Source: Selaginella moellendorffii (Eukaryota; Plantae; Lycopodiophyta). Taken from it: a stretch of 64,000 bases of DNA. Positions 23,413 to 35,109 of the stretch are shown here, piece after piece (position 1 is the stretch's first letter; each line of letters begins with the position of its first letter). The notes below the pieces were generated by a model, which worked only from the letters and a program-made list of their open reading frames with translations, was not told the origin of the DNA and did no database searches. The stretch lies in contig NW_003314321.1 of the NCBI RefSeq assembly GCF_000143415.4, positions 310,001-374,000 of the forward strand. The letters run 5' to 3'. A program made the position numbers and the translations under genes.

Positions 23413-25797
23413 ATGGCGCCCGTGGTGAAGGGGAGCGTGAGCGGCGTCTTGCCGGAGCGCCGGGTTTTTGCCGTGCAATACCCGGGCTATCCGAGCTCGA
23501 TTGACCGCGCTGTGGAAACGCTGGGCGGCGAGGCTGGAATCGCCAAGGTAACTCCCCCTGCCGTTCTTGCTCTTTGCTTAGGAAAGTGGTTCTTAAGGTC
23601 CGGGCATCGGATGCTGGCTATCTAGAGCTCAAATTTAGGCCGGAAGATCCTTATTCGCACCCTGCATTTGGTGAGCCACACCGGACTTCGGATCTTTTGC
23701 TTCGAATTTCCGCGCCGAAGCAAGGAGATGAGAGGAACTCAGCAGATTCGCGGGAGCTTGATGCCGAGATAATTGCTCATGTGGAAGATTCTTACGTCTT
23801 TGATGGTGAGCGCTGTTCTAAAAGTTTTTTCTTCCCATCTCATTTTTCCTGTAGGGATGGCGGACTATCAATATGTTCTTGCGGTGCATTCGAATGGTTC
23901 CAGCGAGAAGAAATCCAAGCAGACTAAACAGCGCTTTGGTATGCTTTCTTTTTTCTGCAAAAAGATTTTTTCATGAAGATCACTGAACTGAAGACAAAGG
24001 AAGCTTGATGGACATGGAAGAGGAGGACCTCATGATTCTTGTTCCTCCACTATTCTCGATAAAGGACATGCCAGAGGAGACTTTGTAAGTTAGATCCATT
24101 GCTTTGATTGTGAAGCTGAGTTTTTATCATTCTTTAGGCTACGCCCATCAGATCGCTCGAAAGCGAAGCCAGTCGAAAATCCGGTACGTCTTTTTTCTTT
24201 GCTGTTTGTACGTTCTGAGAATATGGTTTTTGGCAGATGGATTTTACACCTTGCTTTGGTCTCGACTTCAAAGCAAAAGATATCCTTTTCTTGAGCTTTT
24301 TTTTTTTTTTCTGTCTTTGAGTTTTGACTTGACTTACCACACATGTTCCCAAGGCAGTGAACTGGGAGGTCAAGCTAGTGAAGGATTCAGAAGAATGGTC
24401 TTTACACAAGGCCATGGTGAAATGTTTTGAAGAGCGACCAATATGGGTGAAAACAACACTCGTCCAGAAATTGCACGATCAAGGTTTGGAGCCGACACCT
24501 TCAATGCTAAAACGGTAGAGTTGAATGGTCGCACTTACGCCTCTTTAACTCTGCAGTTTGTTGGTTGTAGGCTCTTGTTTAGACTTGCATACAATTTTCT
24601 TTATGGTCCGTTTAGAACACTGTGGATAAAAAACGGCTACGATCCACGAAAAGATCCAGCATCACGGAAGTATGTTTTAGCGACCTTGTTGCGAGAGCTA
24701 ATAGTTTGGTTTGCTCAGGTACCAAATGCTGGACTTTAGAGTGCCGAGGTTGCTGAGGTACTCTGTACAGCAAGCTCCTAGACGAGAGTAAGCATTCAAA
24801 TATATAAACTTGTGCTTTCTTATTCTGAAATTGACGCAGGGCGGAGAATACTTTTTGGAGAGACGAGTGTGCATTTAAGGTGGTCCCGCAAAAGAAATTC
24901 TCTTTTTTCCAACTCTACGATTTGCAAGACGATTTCATCAAGTCTCAGATCGAGAAGCCGCCAGAACGCAATACTTGTAGTGTGAGTAGTGTGAGTGTTT
25001 TCAATGCTTGGTCTAATTGTTTGTTCTGCAGGAATCTACTGGATGGTTTCGACGGGGCACGTTGGAAAGGATGCGGCAGCACGTACGTCTACGTTTCCTC
25101 GCCTTGATACCGGGGGATGCTGCTAGAGCTCTAGAGGAAACAGAAACTAAGAATTTTGAAAGGTTTAAGAACAAGGCTGGATGGAGGGGCGGAAACAGGG
25201 GGGCTCTCAGACATATTGACAAAAGCATTGACACAATGGACGACCCTGGTTTGTTTCCAGAGCCATTGTTCGCAGGTTTTAGCAGTTTTCTCTACTGCCT
25301 TTGCACTTTGTGACTGACTGCTGGTTTACAGAAGGTGACATAGCAGAAACTCCTCATGGCTCGGAGACAACCAACGCAGGAAAGCAGCCGGAAGTGCTGA
25401 CTGGGGACGATGACGAGGACGACGAAGAGGAAGAAGAAGACGACGAAGCGAGGGCGGATGAGGAAGACGAAGAAGATGAAGAGTCTGAAGAGGATGAAGA
25501 CAATCTACAAAACAAGGTAGCTTTTCAAAATGCGATCTTGATTTCCCACTCAACTTGGTGGTGGTGTGCAGAGCAAACCACAAACCTTTCCAAGTGAGGT
25601 TCCAACACGTATCCTATTTTGCAAATCTGTACATTTGTTTCTTTGACATTGGCTCAGATCCGTCGCATGACATCCCGAAGAACTACTTGCAAGCTCTGCT
25701 TGAGAAATTCCCCCAGGGCCAGAAGGCGGGCGAGACAGACGAGGACACCGAGTACACCATCTACGAGCAAGAAGAAGACGACGAAGGGACGTTCTGA
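23413..25797 (+). CDS. GTF3C5: General transcription factor IIIC subunit 5 (tau95/Tfc1), multi-exon
   Basis: FAVQYPGYPSSIDRAVETLGG, LELKFRPEDPYSHPAFG, GMADYQYV, FEERPIW, GPFRTLWIKNGYDPRKDP, FQLYDLQD and an acidic C-terminal tail. Confidence 0.93.
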
Positions 25798-26307
25798 TGA
25801 GCCACAGGTCCACATACAAGAGTTCTGCTATTGTGACGTCCTTAACTTTTGCCTGCAAAACAGTCAGAAGGCTCGACCAGCTAACACACTTTTTTTATTC
25901 AGAGTCCCACTTTGGAAAACGTAACGATCAAAGTTTTGGGAAGATTTAAAATGGAGCACAGCACCGGTTCTCCAAATCCAGAAATTGGATCCTGAGGAGA
26001 AGTTGTTGCAGAGACAATGGATGGCGTTTGCAAAGACTCGCAAGAGCCGAGTTGCAAACTGGGAGAGCATGGATTGAGACTAATGATAGATCCAAACTGA
26101 TGATTTTCTCAAGAAGAGCGTAGAAACAATCAGTAACGTAATTAGCTAGTATAGCACACTTGCCTTTGTACCAGGGTGACCACTTTTTCCACCTCTTTAA
26201 GTTCTTGAGAAATGTTTGAGGTTTTAATTTGAGTTGATTCTTATAAATTAACTCCTAGTTAGTTTTATTTTATTATGTTTATAAAATTATATTTATAAAT
26301 TTAAAAT

Positions 26308-26334
26308 TGTGAGGGCCAAGCTGTATTCCTCACA
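26308..26334 (+). mobile_element. 27-bp collapsed solo-LTR relic of the Gypsy family with 4-bp TSD
   Basis: AAAT|TGTGAGGGCCAAG-CTGTATTCC-TCACA|AAAT: the first 13 nt, an internal 9-mer and the last 5 nt of the 175-bp LTR. Confidence 0.75.
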
Positions 26335-27401
26335 AAATTAATTAATTTCACCATAAATATAAATTTAAAAATTTATTTATTTATTTATTTTGTAATAATA
26401 AATTTAATTATCATATAAAATATGAATTGCAAAAACATAGGAACATTATTATTACCGAAATTCAAATTTGCAAAAGCTCAGCTATTAATTTTTAAATGTT
26501 CAAGAACACACTCAGTTATTTTAACTAATATCATTAATATATTAACATCTAAAGCAGTACGATAAATTTCACTTATAAAATCTATCTAGAATATGATTGT
26601 GTTGCCTATAACATTGAGATATATTGAACAGGTTTTAGGTTACAAATGTAAATTATAATAGTATACTCTATAAGTGATATGTATTATAATTATTTTTAAA
26701 ATGATTAAAAAATCATTAACGTGATTAATATTTAATCATTAAATATGTCTCATTAATTCATTTACTGTTAGAAGAAACTAATAAAATTATGTTATGTATA
26801 AAATGGTAATCATTACTATGGGAGTTTTGCACCCACTATTAAATTAGTTAATTTAATGTTAAAGTGGTCACACTATTAAAATAGATTTTGCAAACTCTAA
26901 TTTAATATTTTAATATAATGATAACTTGTTCAAACAGGCTAATGTTAGAATTTTAATTTTTAAATGATATTCTATAAGACTTATAAATTGTACTCAATTG
27001 GAGGCCCTTTTAATTTCTGAAACAAATTAGTAAATGTGAACAACCTAAGAGAAAAGAATGACTTGAAGATAATCTGTAAGGGTTTATATATATAAGGAAA
27101 TGGCTTATAAATAAAAGGGCATTTTTTTTTTCTAATCAATTAAAAGTTTTAGGATTTAAGTTGGATGACCTCCCACAAAATCTAAATTCAACATATTATA
27201 ATAAAGTGTTCAATTAATCAATTTGAGGAGAACAATCAATCAAATTGCCAAGCAAAGAAGAGGTGTGAGGAGAGGATTTGCAGCACATTTCAAGCAATAA
27301 GTGGTTAATTTAATCTAGTTAATTTAATAGTTTTGAGAACCATTTATTATTAATTTAATTTTTTTTAACAATATTAAATAATTTTAATATAAAATAACAT
27401 T

Positions 27402-29884
27402 TGTAAGGTTTGTAAATACATATATATCTAAACCTGTATTACTTTGGCTAGGTAATACACTAATTATAATACTATAGCATATGAACTGTCCATTTAGAAA
27501 TAAATCTAGTCTATCCATTTTTGTATATAACTATTAAACCCCAATTAATATATTTATTCCTTTATCCTAAGCACCCATATTGGTGGAATTACAATTTCTC
27601 CCTAAAAGGTAAATGTTTTTGGCAATGCTTTATTCTAGTATTCAAGATTGTATTTTTTGTTTTTATTTCTTCATTCTCTTTTAGATCTAGATTTGTATTA
27701 GCTTTTTGCAAGATCTAGAATTTTAGTTATCACTATACTTAGATCTAATCTTTCTTTTTATCTGCATTCTATTTTGTCTTTTACTATGCCACATTATCAT
27801 TAATCAAAGAATATATCACTTAAGGCTATTAATGTTATTCCGTTGGATCAAACTTTTAGTGCTATAAGGTGTGATCATATTAGTGTTGCACCCATCTTTG
27901 GTGTGTTGCCATCTCCAACTTCCGTGGGACATCATTACATAGTTTATCATATTCTTGGTGTTTTGCCATCTCCCCTTAATGTCGAGTGTGATTGTAATAT
28001 CAATTAGCAAGCTATGTATGATGTAGTCAAATTTTTAGAAAATGTTTGAAGATTGAGTTTATGAGAAAATGATATTTACAAGCTCGAATAGATTTCAAAT
28101 TGTGATGAGGAATTTGATTATTATGGAGATAACTTTGGAGATGAGTTCGAGATTTCACGGGGTAGGTGTTAATTTTTCAATTTGCTATCTAATATTTTTT
28201 CTTTACTTTTTGCTCTTTCTCAACTTTTTCTTATTTCTCAGCTTAAGTCACCTTTTCATATTCCTAGCATTTTTTCCTTATTTACAGTGTTTTCTTCTTC
28301 TGACACATCGATTATTTATGATTCTTTTTATTCTCATTCTCAGTCTAGTGTTGAATTGAGTGTTTTCTGTCCTCTTTATATTAATCTAGATGTTAAGCAT
28401 ATATATGAAGTGGAGAATCTTGCTTTTATTTTGTTGACAGAGTCTTTGATCAATTTTGGTGTTAAGTATTCTCATATTCTAAAGATTAAATCACTTTAGC
28501 TAGAATTTCAAGTTTAATCCCCACTTTTTAGTGTTATTGAGAGCCTTTATTTTACTGTTGTTTCTAAGGAATTTATATATTCCCTTAAGAGTGTAAACAT
28601 TATTATTGATTTTCCTCTCTTAAGTGTTGAGTTGTGTGTTGAGGAGGTTGAGCCGTGTGAATCTTTTGCTTATATTGTGGTGGCTAAAGTATTTTATGAT
28701 TAAAAATCCTTTATTTTCTAAGCTTTGAACACATGTTTTTATTTTGATTTCCTTATTTAATTGTAAGCCACAAATTTTTCTTTTTCAATTTGCTACCTTA
28801 CCTTGTCTATCCGACCACCATAGCTTAGAATAGGGTTGGGACTTGAATCCAGCCTTGCTTTATTGAGTTTTTGCATTATCAACTATTACAAATTCCTCTT
28901 CTAATGTTTCTTTATTCATTTTTTTGTTTTTTCCACAATGATTTTTCCTCAATTTTTCTCGCTTTTTCCTTTTTGCCTTGATATTTCAAACTTTTTTTTT
29001 TTTGGAGGAGGGGGTATAGGGACAGATGGGAGTTCGGCCCTGACGATAGAGTGAGAACAAACAAATATAGTAATGGAGTGAAGACAAATGACATGGATTG
29101 TGGAGTGAGGATGAGCATAGCGAATACAAATGGAATATTCAACCCCAACATAGTGAGGCTAAACAAATGCAATAGTGAAGTGATGGTAGAGTGAAGATAA
29201 ATGCAACGAGTTCAAATGAATCAGTGTTTCAAAACTTTTTTTCCTTCGAGGAAAGGATAAAGAGGATGTGTAAGACAAATAGAGTGAGTTCAATCTTCCA
29301 TATGTAGTGATAAACAAAGACAAAGAGGCAAGTTTTACTTATGGTTGTAAGTCTGAGTTAATAGTGGTCTCGGAGAATTATTGGTAGGCAAACTTAAATG
29401 TGGGGTATATCATTTATTGCAATAGCATTTTATGGATTACAATAATTCTTAAAATCCCTTGCTTTGGTTCAAAATTATAACTTCAAGGTTAGTTTAAGCA
29501 TTTGATAACTACACACAAAGTTGCAACTAATTTATCAAGATTCCATACTCAATTGATGTTTATGCTATGACTTTGGCTTATGCTATTTGTTTGTTTTAGT
29601 TGTGGTTATCAACAACTTTGTTAGTGGTTTTATAAGAGTTACAGATTCTTATGGTAGTTTATAATCATTCAAAAAAAAATTTAAATGTTCCTCCTATCAT
29701 TACCTTTTTCATCTTCCAAATGAGAGGATAATGTAAAGTTTGTAAATACATATATGTATATATATGTAACTCTGGCTAAGTAATACACTAATTATAATAT
29801 TATAATATATGGACTAAATTTGATCCATCCATTTTTGTATATAGACCCTAATTAATATATTTATTTTTATATGCCAGCCTCACA
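27402..29884 (+). mobile_element. Degenerate, internally deleted LTR element of a related family
   Basis: Direct repeats at 27402-~27579 and 29732-29884 (tgtaa-gtttgtaaatacatatat...taatacactaattataata...tccatttttgtatata). TGGTGGA PBS-like sequence follows the first repeat, a purine tract precedes the second, and agatctag-rich leader repeats resemble 30200-30310. No intact ORF; TSD ambiguous. Confidence 0.75.
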
Positions 29885-30375
29885 TTTCCACAATCCTAAT
29901 CACATTTAGATTTCAAATTAAATTGCAATTTTCAAATTTAAAAAGCTTAATTTTAAAGTGAGTGTGTGAGGGCCAAGTGTACGGCTACGATGCCGTATAC
30001 TAATATTAGCGTAGTGGGATTTTGGTAGCCGTCGGATTAGTTTCAATCCGGACCACTCGCTCCTGTATATAAACTAGGGTTTTTGGGCTAATTGATATGC
30101 ATATTTCTGTATTCCCTTTCCATATTCCAAGCACTCACATTAGTGGAGATGAGGGGCACCTTTGATTGTCCCTGGGGAGTGTTTGGATTTGGGATTTTGG
30201 TTTAGATCTAGCTTTTGCATCGTCTAGATCTAGCTTTTTCCATTTCCTTTTTTTTGTTCTTTCCTTTCAGGATTTTGGTTTAGATCTAGCTTTTTGCATT
30301 GTCTAGATCTACCATTTCTTTCCAGCTTTTTTGTCATTTCTCTTCTTTTGCTCTTTCTTTTTTTCATTCATCTTC

Positions 30376-31308
30376 ATGGCCGATCCACAATCTCCTCCTT
30401 TGACTCTAGAGCAGTAGTTGGTTCAATTGCTTGATGCTATGCGCTTGCAATTGAACAACCAAACTCAATTGATGGCGGCGTTTATGGCATGTGGTACAAC
30501 TCCTCATGCTCTTGGTGCCAATCCTCGCGTTCGGCCGGAGTTCTTTCGCGGGAATCCTGGGGATGATGTGTACCATTGGTTCGATCACTTTACAGTGATT
30601 GCCACATATCATTCTTGGGATGATGCTCGACGGCTGCGTGAGTTTCCCACGTGTCTCCAAATGACGGCGTTGCAGTGGTACAATGGTTTGAGCGCAGCCA
30701 CTCGTAGGGATTGGAGTGTTCTCCCGGATGTCTTCAAACGCGCCTTCGAACATGCCGATGATTGTGATGATGCTTTCCAACAATTGCATTGTCTTCGCCA
30801 AGGGCCATCTGAGTCGGTGATGCAATTTGGCGTTTGTTTCCGAAGTCTTTTGCTTCGTGTGGAGCCAAATATGTCGGAGCGGATCAAGCTAGGAATGTTG
30901 TGGCCAGCACTTCGTCAAGATCTTGTCGGACTTGTGCATGCACTTGCTCCTGCCACCCTTGATGATACTCTTTGCTTGGCACAACGTTACGAGACGTCGC
31001 CTCTTCCACTTCTCGCTGCATGTCCTTCCGCTCCACTTCCTATGGGTGATGGTCCTGTTCCAATGGAGGTTGATGCTACTGCTGCTCGAGTCCAAGGACA
31101 AGTGCGAGGACGTGGTCGTGGCCGTGATGTTTGCTGCTGGGCGTGTGATGAAGTTGGTCATACTTATCGGCGTTGCCGTCGTTTTCCGGATTGGCAACCT
31201 CCATTTCCTGGGTGGAGACCTTGGTGTCAGCAACGTCCCCTGGGTGCTGCTGCAGTGGAAGGTCTGGACACCGAGATGCATCCGGGAAACGAGGAGTCGC
31301 GCGAGTAA
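30376..31308 (+). pseudogene. gag: Gypsy gag with CCHC zinc knuckle and a premature TAG at 30415
   Basis: MADPQSPPLTLEQ*LVQLL..., where the other copy has EQQLVQLL. Also PEFFRGNPGDDVYHWF, LRQGPSESV, GPVPMEVD and CWACDEVGHTYRRC. Confidence 0.93.
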
Positions 31309-34300
31309 TGGAGGGACCTTGCGCAAATAAATCAGTGACCCCTCCATATTTCTTTCAGGAGTATCATCAAGATGTTCACTCGGCACTAGTTCATCCAGTG
31401 TTTACTTTCCAAGCTCGTTTTTATAACAAGAGGTCTCCTATTATTCTCTCCGTGTTGGTTGATACAAGTTCGAGTTTATCTTCTATTGCTTGACCTGTTG
31501 CCACACGTTGTCGTCTACACTTGCGTCGTGCGGCGGAACAAGTTTTCATTCTTTATGGCAACAGCTGTACACATGCATGTGCACGGGATGAGGTGGACCT
31601 AGTTGTGCGTGTGGGTGATCTCGAGCTTGAGTTGCAGTCGTTGCGGGTGGTGCCAAGTCAAGCTTTTGACCTCATTCTTGGTATGGATTGGTTGTAGCGT
31701 AATCATGCCAAGTGTGATTTTGAGGCTTCTTCCCCTTGTCTCATACGTCCTTATGTTTCATCCATTCCTCTCACTTCCACACCTCTTCGTCCCTCTACTT
31801 CTACCTCTGCTTCCATTACTTTTGTTCCCCCACTCTTTCCTTCTGTGTTTCCATTTTGTTCTGCTTTTCCCTTTTCTGATCCCTTTGACGACCTTTGTGT
31901 TGCAGCAGTTGACCGGCTCATGAAGGAGTATTCTGATCTCTTTGAATTTGACCTATCGTCTGGGGCCAAGATTGCCACACGTCATCCGATTCCAACCGGG
32001 GATGCTCGTCCAATCAAGGTTCCTGTTCGTCGTTGGTCACCTAAGGAGATTAAGATTTTACGAGCAAACGTCAAGGAAATGTTGGAAAAGGGTGTTATTC
32101 GGAAGTCGCGGAGTCCTTGGGCATGTGAACCTCATCTTGTGACGAAGCCTGATGGGAGTATTCGTTTCTGCATCGACTATCGTCCATTAAACGAAGTGAC
32201 GATCCCAGATGCGTATCCTCTTCCTCACACTGCTGATCTCTTGGATCGTCTGGGGCGAAGTCATTGGTTCACCAAGCTAGATCTTGCTTCTGGGTATTGG
32301 CAAGTACCGATGGCCGAAGAAGATATTCCTAAGACTGCTTTTCATACACCATTTGATTTGTACGAGTTCTTGGTGATGCCGTTTGGTTTGAACAATGCTC
32401 CAGCAACTTTCCAGCGGATGATGGGCGAGGTTCTTTGCGATATGCCGGAGGTGACTGCTGACTTCATTGATGATGTCTTGATCCACTCGGAGGGGACGTG
32501 GGAGGAGCACGTTCGTGATGTTTGTAAAGTGTTGGATCGGCTATGCGACGTTGGTTTAAAGCTGAAGCGGTCAAAGTGCGTGTTTGGGTCCAAGGACACA
32601 ACTTATCTTGGGTACCATATTTTTCGTGAGGGTTTGCAAGTTGATCCTGACAAACTTGTGGCTGTTCTAAAGTTCCCTACTCCTAAGTATGTGAATGATG
32701 TGCAGCGCTTTTTGGGTAAGGTGCAGTATCTCGGTCGTTTTGTGGATCATCTTTCCGATCGCACTACACCATTACGAGCGTTGCTGAAGTCATCAACGTC
32801 ATCTTTCATCTGGTCTCCGGATTGTGAGCGGGCGTTCGTGGATCTCAAAGAGCTATTGATGACTCCTCCGGTTTTGGCATATCCTGACTACACTCGACCT
32901 TTTATTTTGCGCGTGGATGCTTCTGACATTGGTCTTGGAGGTGTGTTGATGCAAGAGAGCTCTAGTGTGCTTGGTCAGCGCCATCCCATTGCTTATATAA
33001 GCCGTACATTACAACCAACGGAGATGAACTACTCCACGACAGAGAAGGAGTGTTTAGCAGCAGTCTGGGGTTTCGAGAAACTTCATGCATATCTACATGG
33101 TTCTCGGACGTTACTTGAAGGTGACCATGCTGCTGTTACTTCATTATTGAAGCGGAAGAACCTGGTTGGTCGTACGGCTCGCTGGGCTTTGAAGCTTCAG
33201 ATATATGATTTCGATGTTGTTCATCGCCCAGGGAATTCTATGGCTGATGCTGATGCCCTTTCTCGAGCTCCTCTTCCTTCTCCACTCACTTCTCATGTTT
33301 CTGACGAACCTGTTGTTCCAGCATCTGTGGATTTTCTAGATGAGGATTCTGTGTCGTCGGCAGTTGCTGTCCTTGACGTTCAGTGTCCACAGGACGCAGA
33401 GCAAGATCTACCTTCTCTTGATGAGGTTCGCGAGGCTCAAAAGATTGAGCCGTGGATTCGAAGGCTTCGAGATGGGTTTGAGAATCCTACATCACTTGCT
33501 GATGACTTGCCTTTCCGGCATTTACATTCTCAATATCGCCTTGAAGATGGCCTTCTTTATTTTGTGGGGACAGATCCTGATGATCATTTACGGCTGGTGG
33601 TGCCTTCGGTGTTTATTCCGCGGTTTCTCCATGCCTACCATGATTCTCCTGTTCTAGGTGGGCATATGGGACACCATCGTGTCATCGGGAAGCTGCGCAG
33701 GTCTTTCTATTGGCCGGAGATGCGACGTGATATTATCCAGTATGTGCGTAGCTGCGTTTGGTGCCAAGCTCGTAATACTCCCCCTTGTGCTGCGGAAGGA
33801 CAGTTGGAGTCAATTGCAGTTTCCCGTCCGTTTGAGTTGGTGGCGTTTGATCTTATGGGACCTTTTCCACGATCAACTACTGGCAATGAGTATGTTATTA
33901 TTGCTTCTGACTACTTGACTCATTGGGTGGAAGTTGGTGCTCTTGCTAGCGCCTCTGCAACTGCTGTTGGATACTTCCTCCTCAATCGAGTGGTGTTCCA
34001 GCATTCTTGTCCAGAGCGGATTCTTTCGGATAATGGTCTTGCATTTATGGCTGAGGTATTTCATGTTTTGACATCTCGGTTGGGGATACGCCACACTTTT
34101 ACGAGTGCTTATCATCCACAATCAGACGGTCTGGTGGAACGGCTCGTTCGAACATTCAAAGGGATGATTGTGAAGTATGTGAACTTTTAGCATTCGGATT
34201 GGGATGGTTATTTGCCGTCTCTTCGGTATGCCTATGTCATAAGGGTGCAGAGTTCTGTTGGTGCTTCACCATATAAACTTCTATATGGTCATGATCCAAT

Positions 34301-34772
34301 ATTACCAACAGAGCTGGGTTTACCTTCGCGATTGCCACGAACTCCTGATGCTAGGTCATGGGATCAATATTTGACAAGCATTCTTCCACTTGTCCGAGCA
34401 GAGTCTGCCAAACACTTAGGCCGCATACAAGTGGGACAACAACGGCGCTACAACTCCCATCATCGTCCACCTGCAAAGTACAAAGTGGATGATTTGGTGT
34501 TCGTCCGTTTTCCCCATCTTACGGTACGTGGTTTATCTAAGGGGCTCCTTGCGCAGTGGAAAGGACCGTATTGGGTGTTGCGGCAAGTTGGACCGCAAGT
34601 TTATGAGGTTCGGCATGATGTTTAGCAGGCCAATCCTCCAGAGATTGTGCATGTGCAGCAATTAAAACGCTTCATACAAAGGGATCAGGAGCAATTAATA
34701 CCATCTACAGATCCGCCGATGCCTCCTCCTGACGTTCCTCCAGATCCCGGCCCATCTACAAGAGAACCCTGA
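31284..34772 (+). pseudogene. pol: Gypsy pol (protease-RT-RNaseH-integrase) in the -1 frame relative to gag, with four nonsense mutations
   Basis: VLVDTSSS (protease), RFCIDYRPLN, LDLASGYWQ, MPFGLNNAPATF, FIDD, VDASDIG, HDSPVLGGHMG...CVWCQ, SDNG, YHPQSDGLVER and KGPY. In-frame stops at 31491, 31695, 34188 and 34623. Confidence 0.95.
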
Positions 34773-35109
34773 TGGCCTTCCATTATTCCGAGAGGAAGGG
34801 ATGATGTGAGGGCCAAGTGTATGGCTACGATGCCGTATACTAATATTAGCATAGTGGGATTTTGGTAGCCGTCGGATTGATTTCAATCTGGACCACTCGC
34901 TCCTGTATATAAACTAGGGTTTTTGGGCTAATTGATATGCACATTTCTATATTCCGTCTCCATATTCCAAGCACTCACAAGTGCAAAACCATAAAGGTTT
35001 ATTTTTTATAAAAAATATATAAAAATTTAGCTGAATGTAAGATTAAAATTTCTGGTAAAGTGAAAGTGATCCTAGGGCTCTTGGTTAGCTCAATGTTGCT
35101 TGGGAACAG

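Larger units (their letters stand above)
29965..34979 (+). mobile_element. Full-length 5.0-kb Ty3/Gypsy LTR retrotransposon without chromodomain (youngest copy, inactivated by nonsense mutations)
   Basis: TG...CA LTRs of 175 bp at 29965-30139 and 34805-34979, with 9 mismatches by eye. TSD AGTG, PBS at 30141-30160, PPT at ~34788-34804, and domain order gag-PR-RT-RH-INT. Confidence 0.98.

Noticed and set aside
25410-25502. GAR/GAY trinucleotide-rich tract
   Set aside because: The ordinary acidic tail of tau95, not an independent repeat element.
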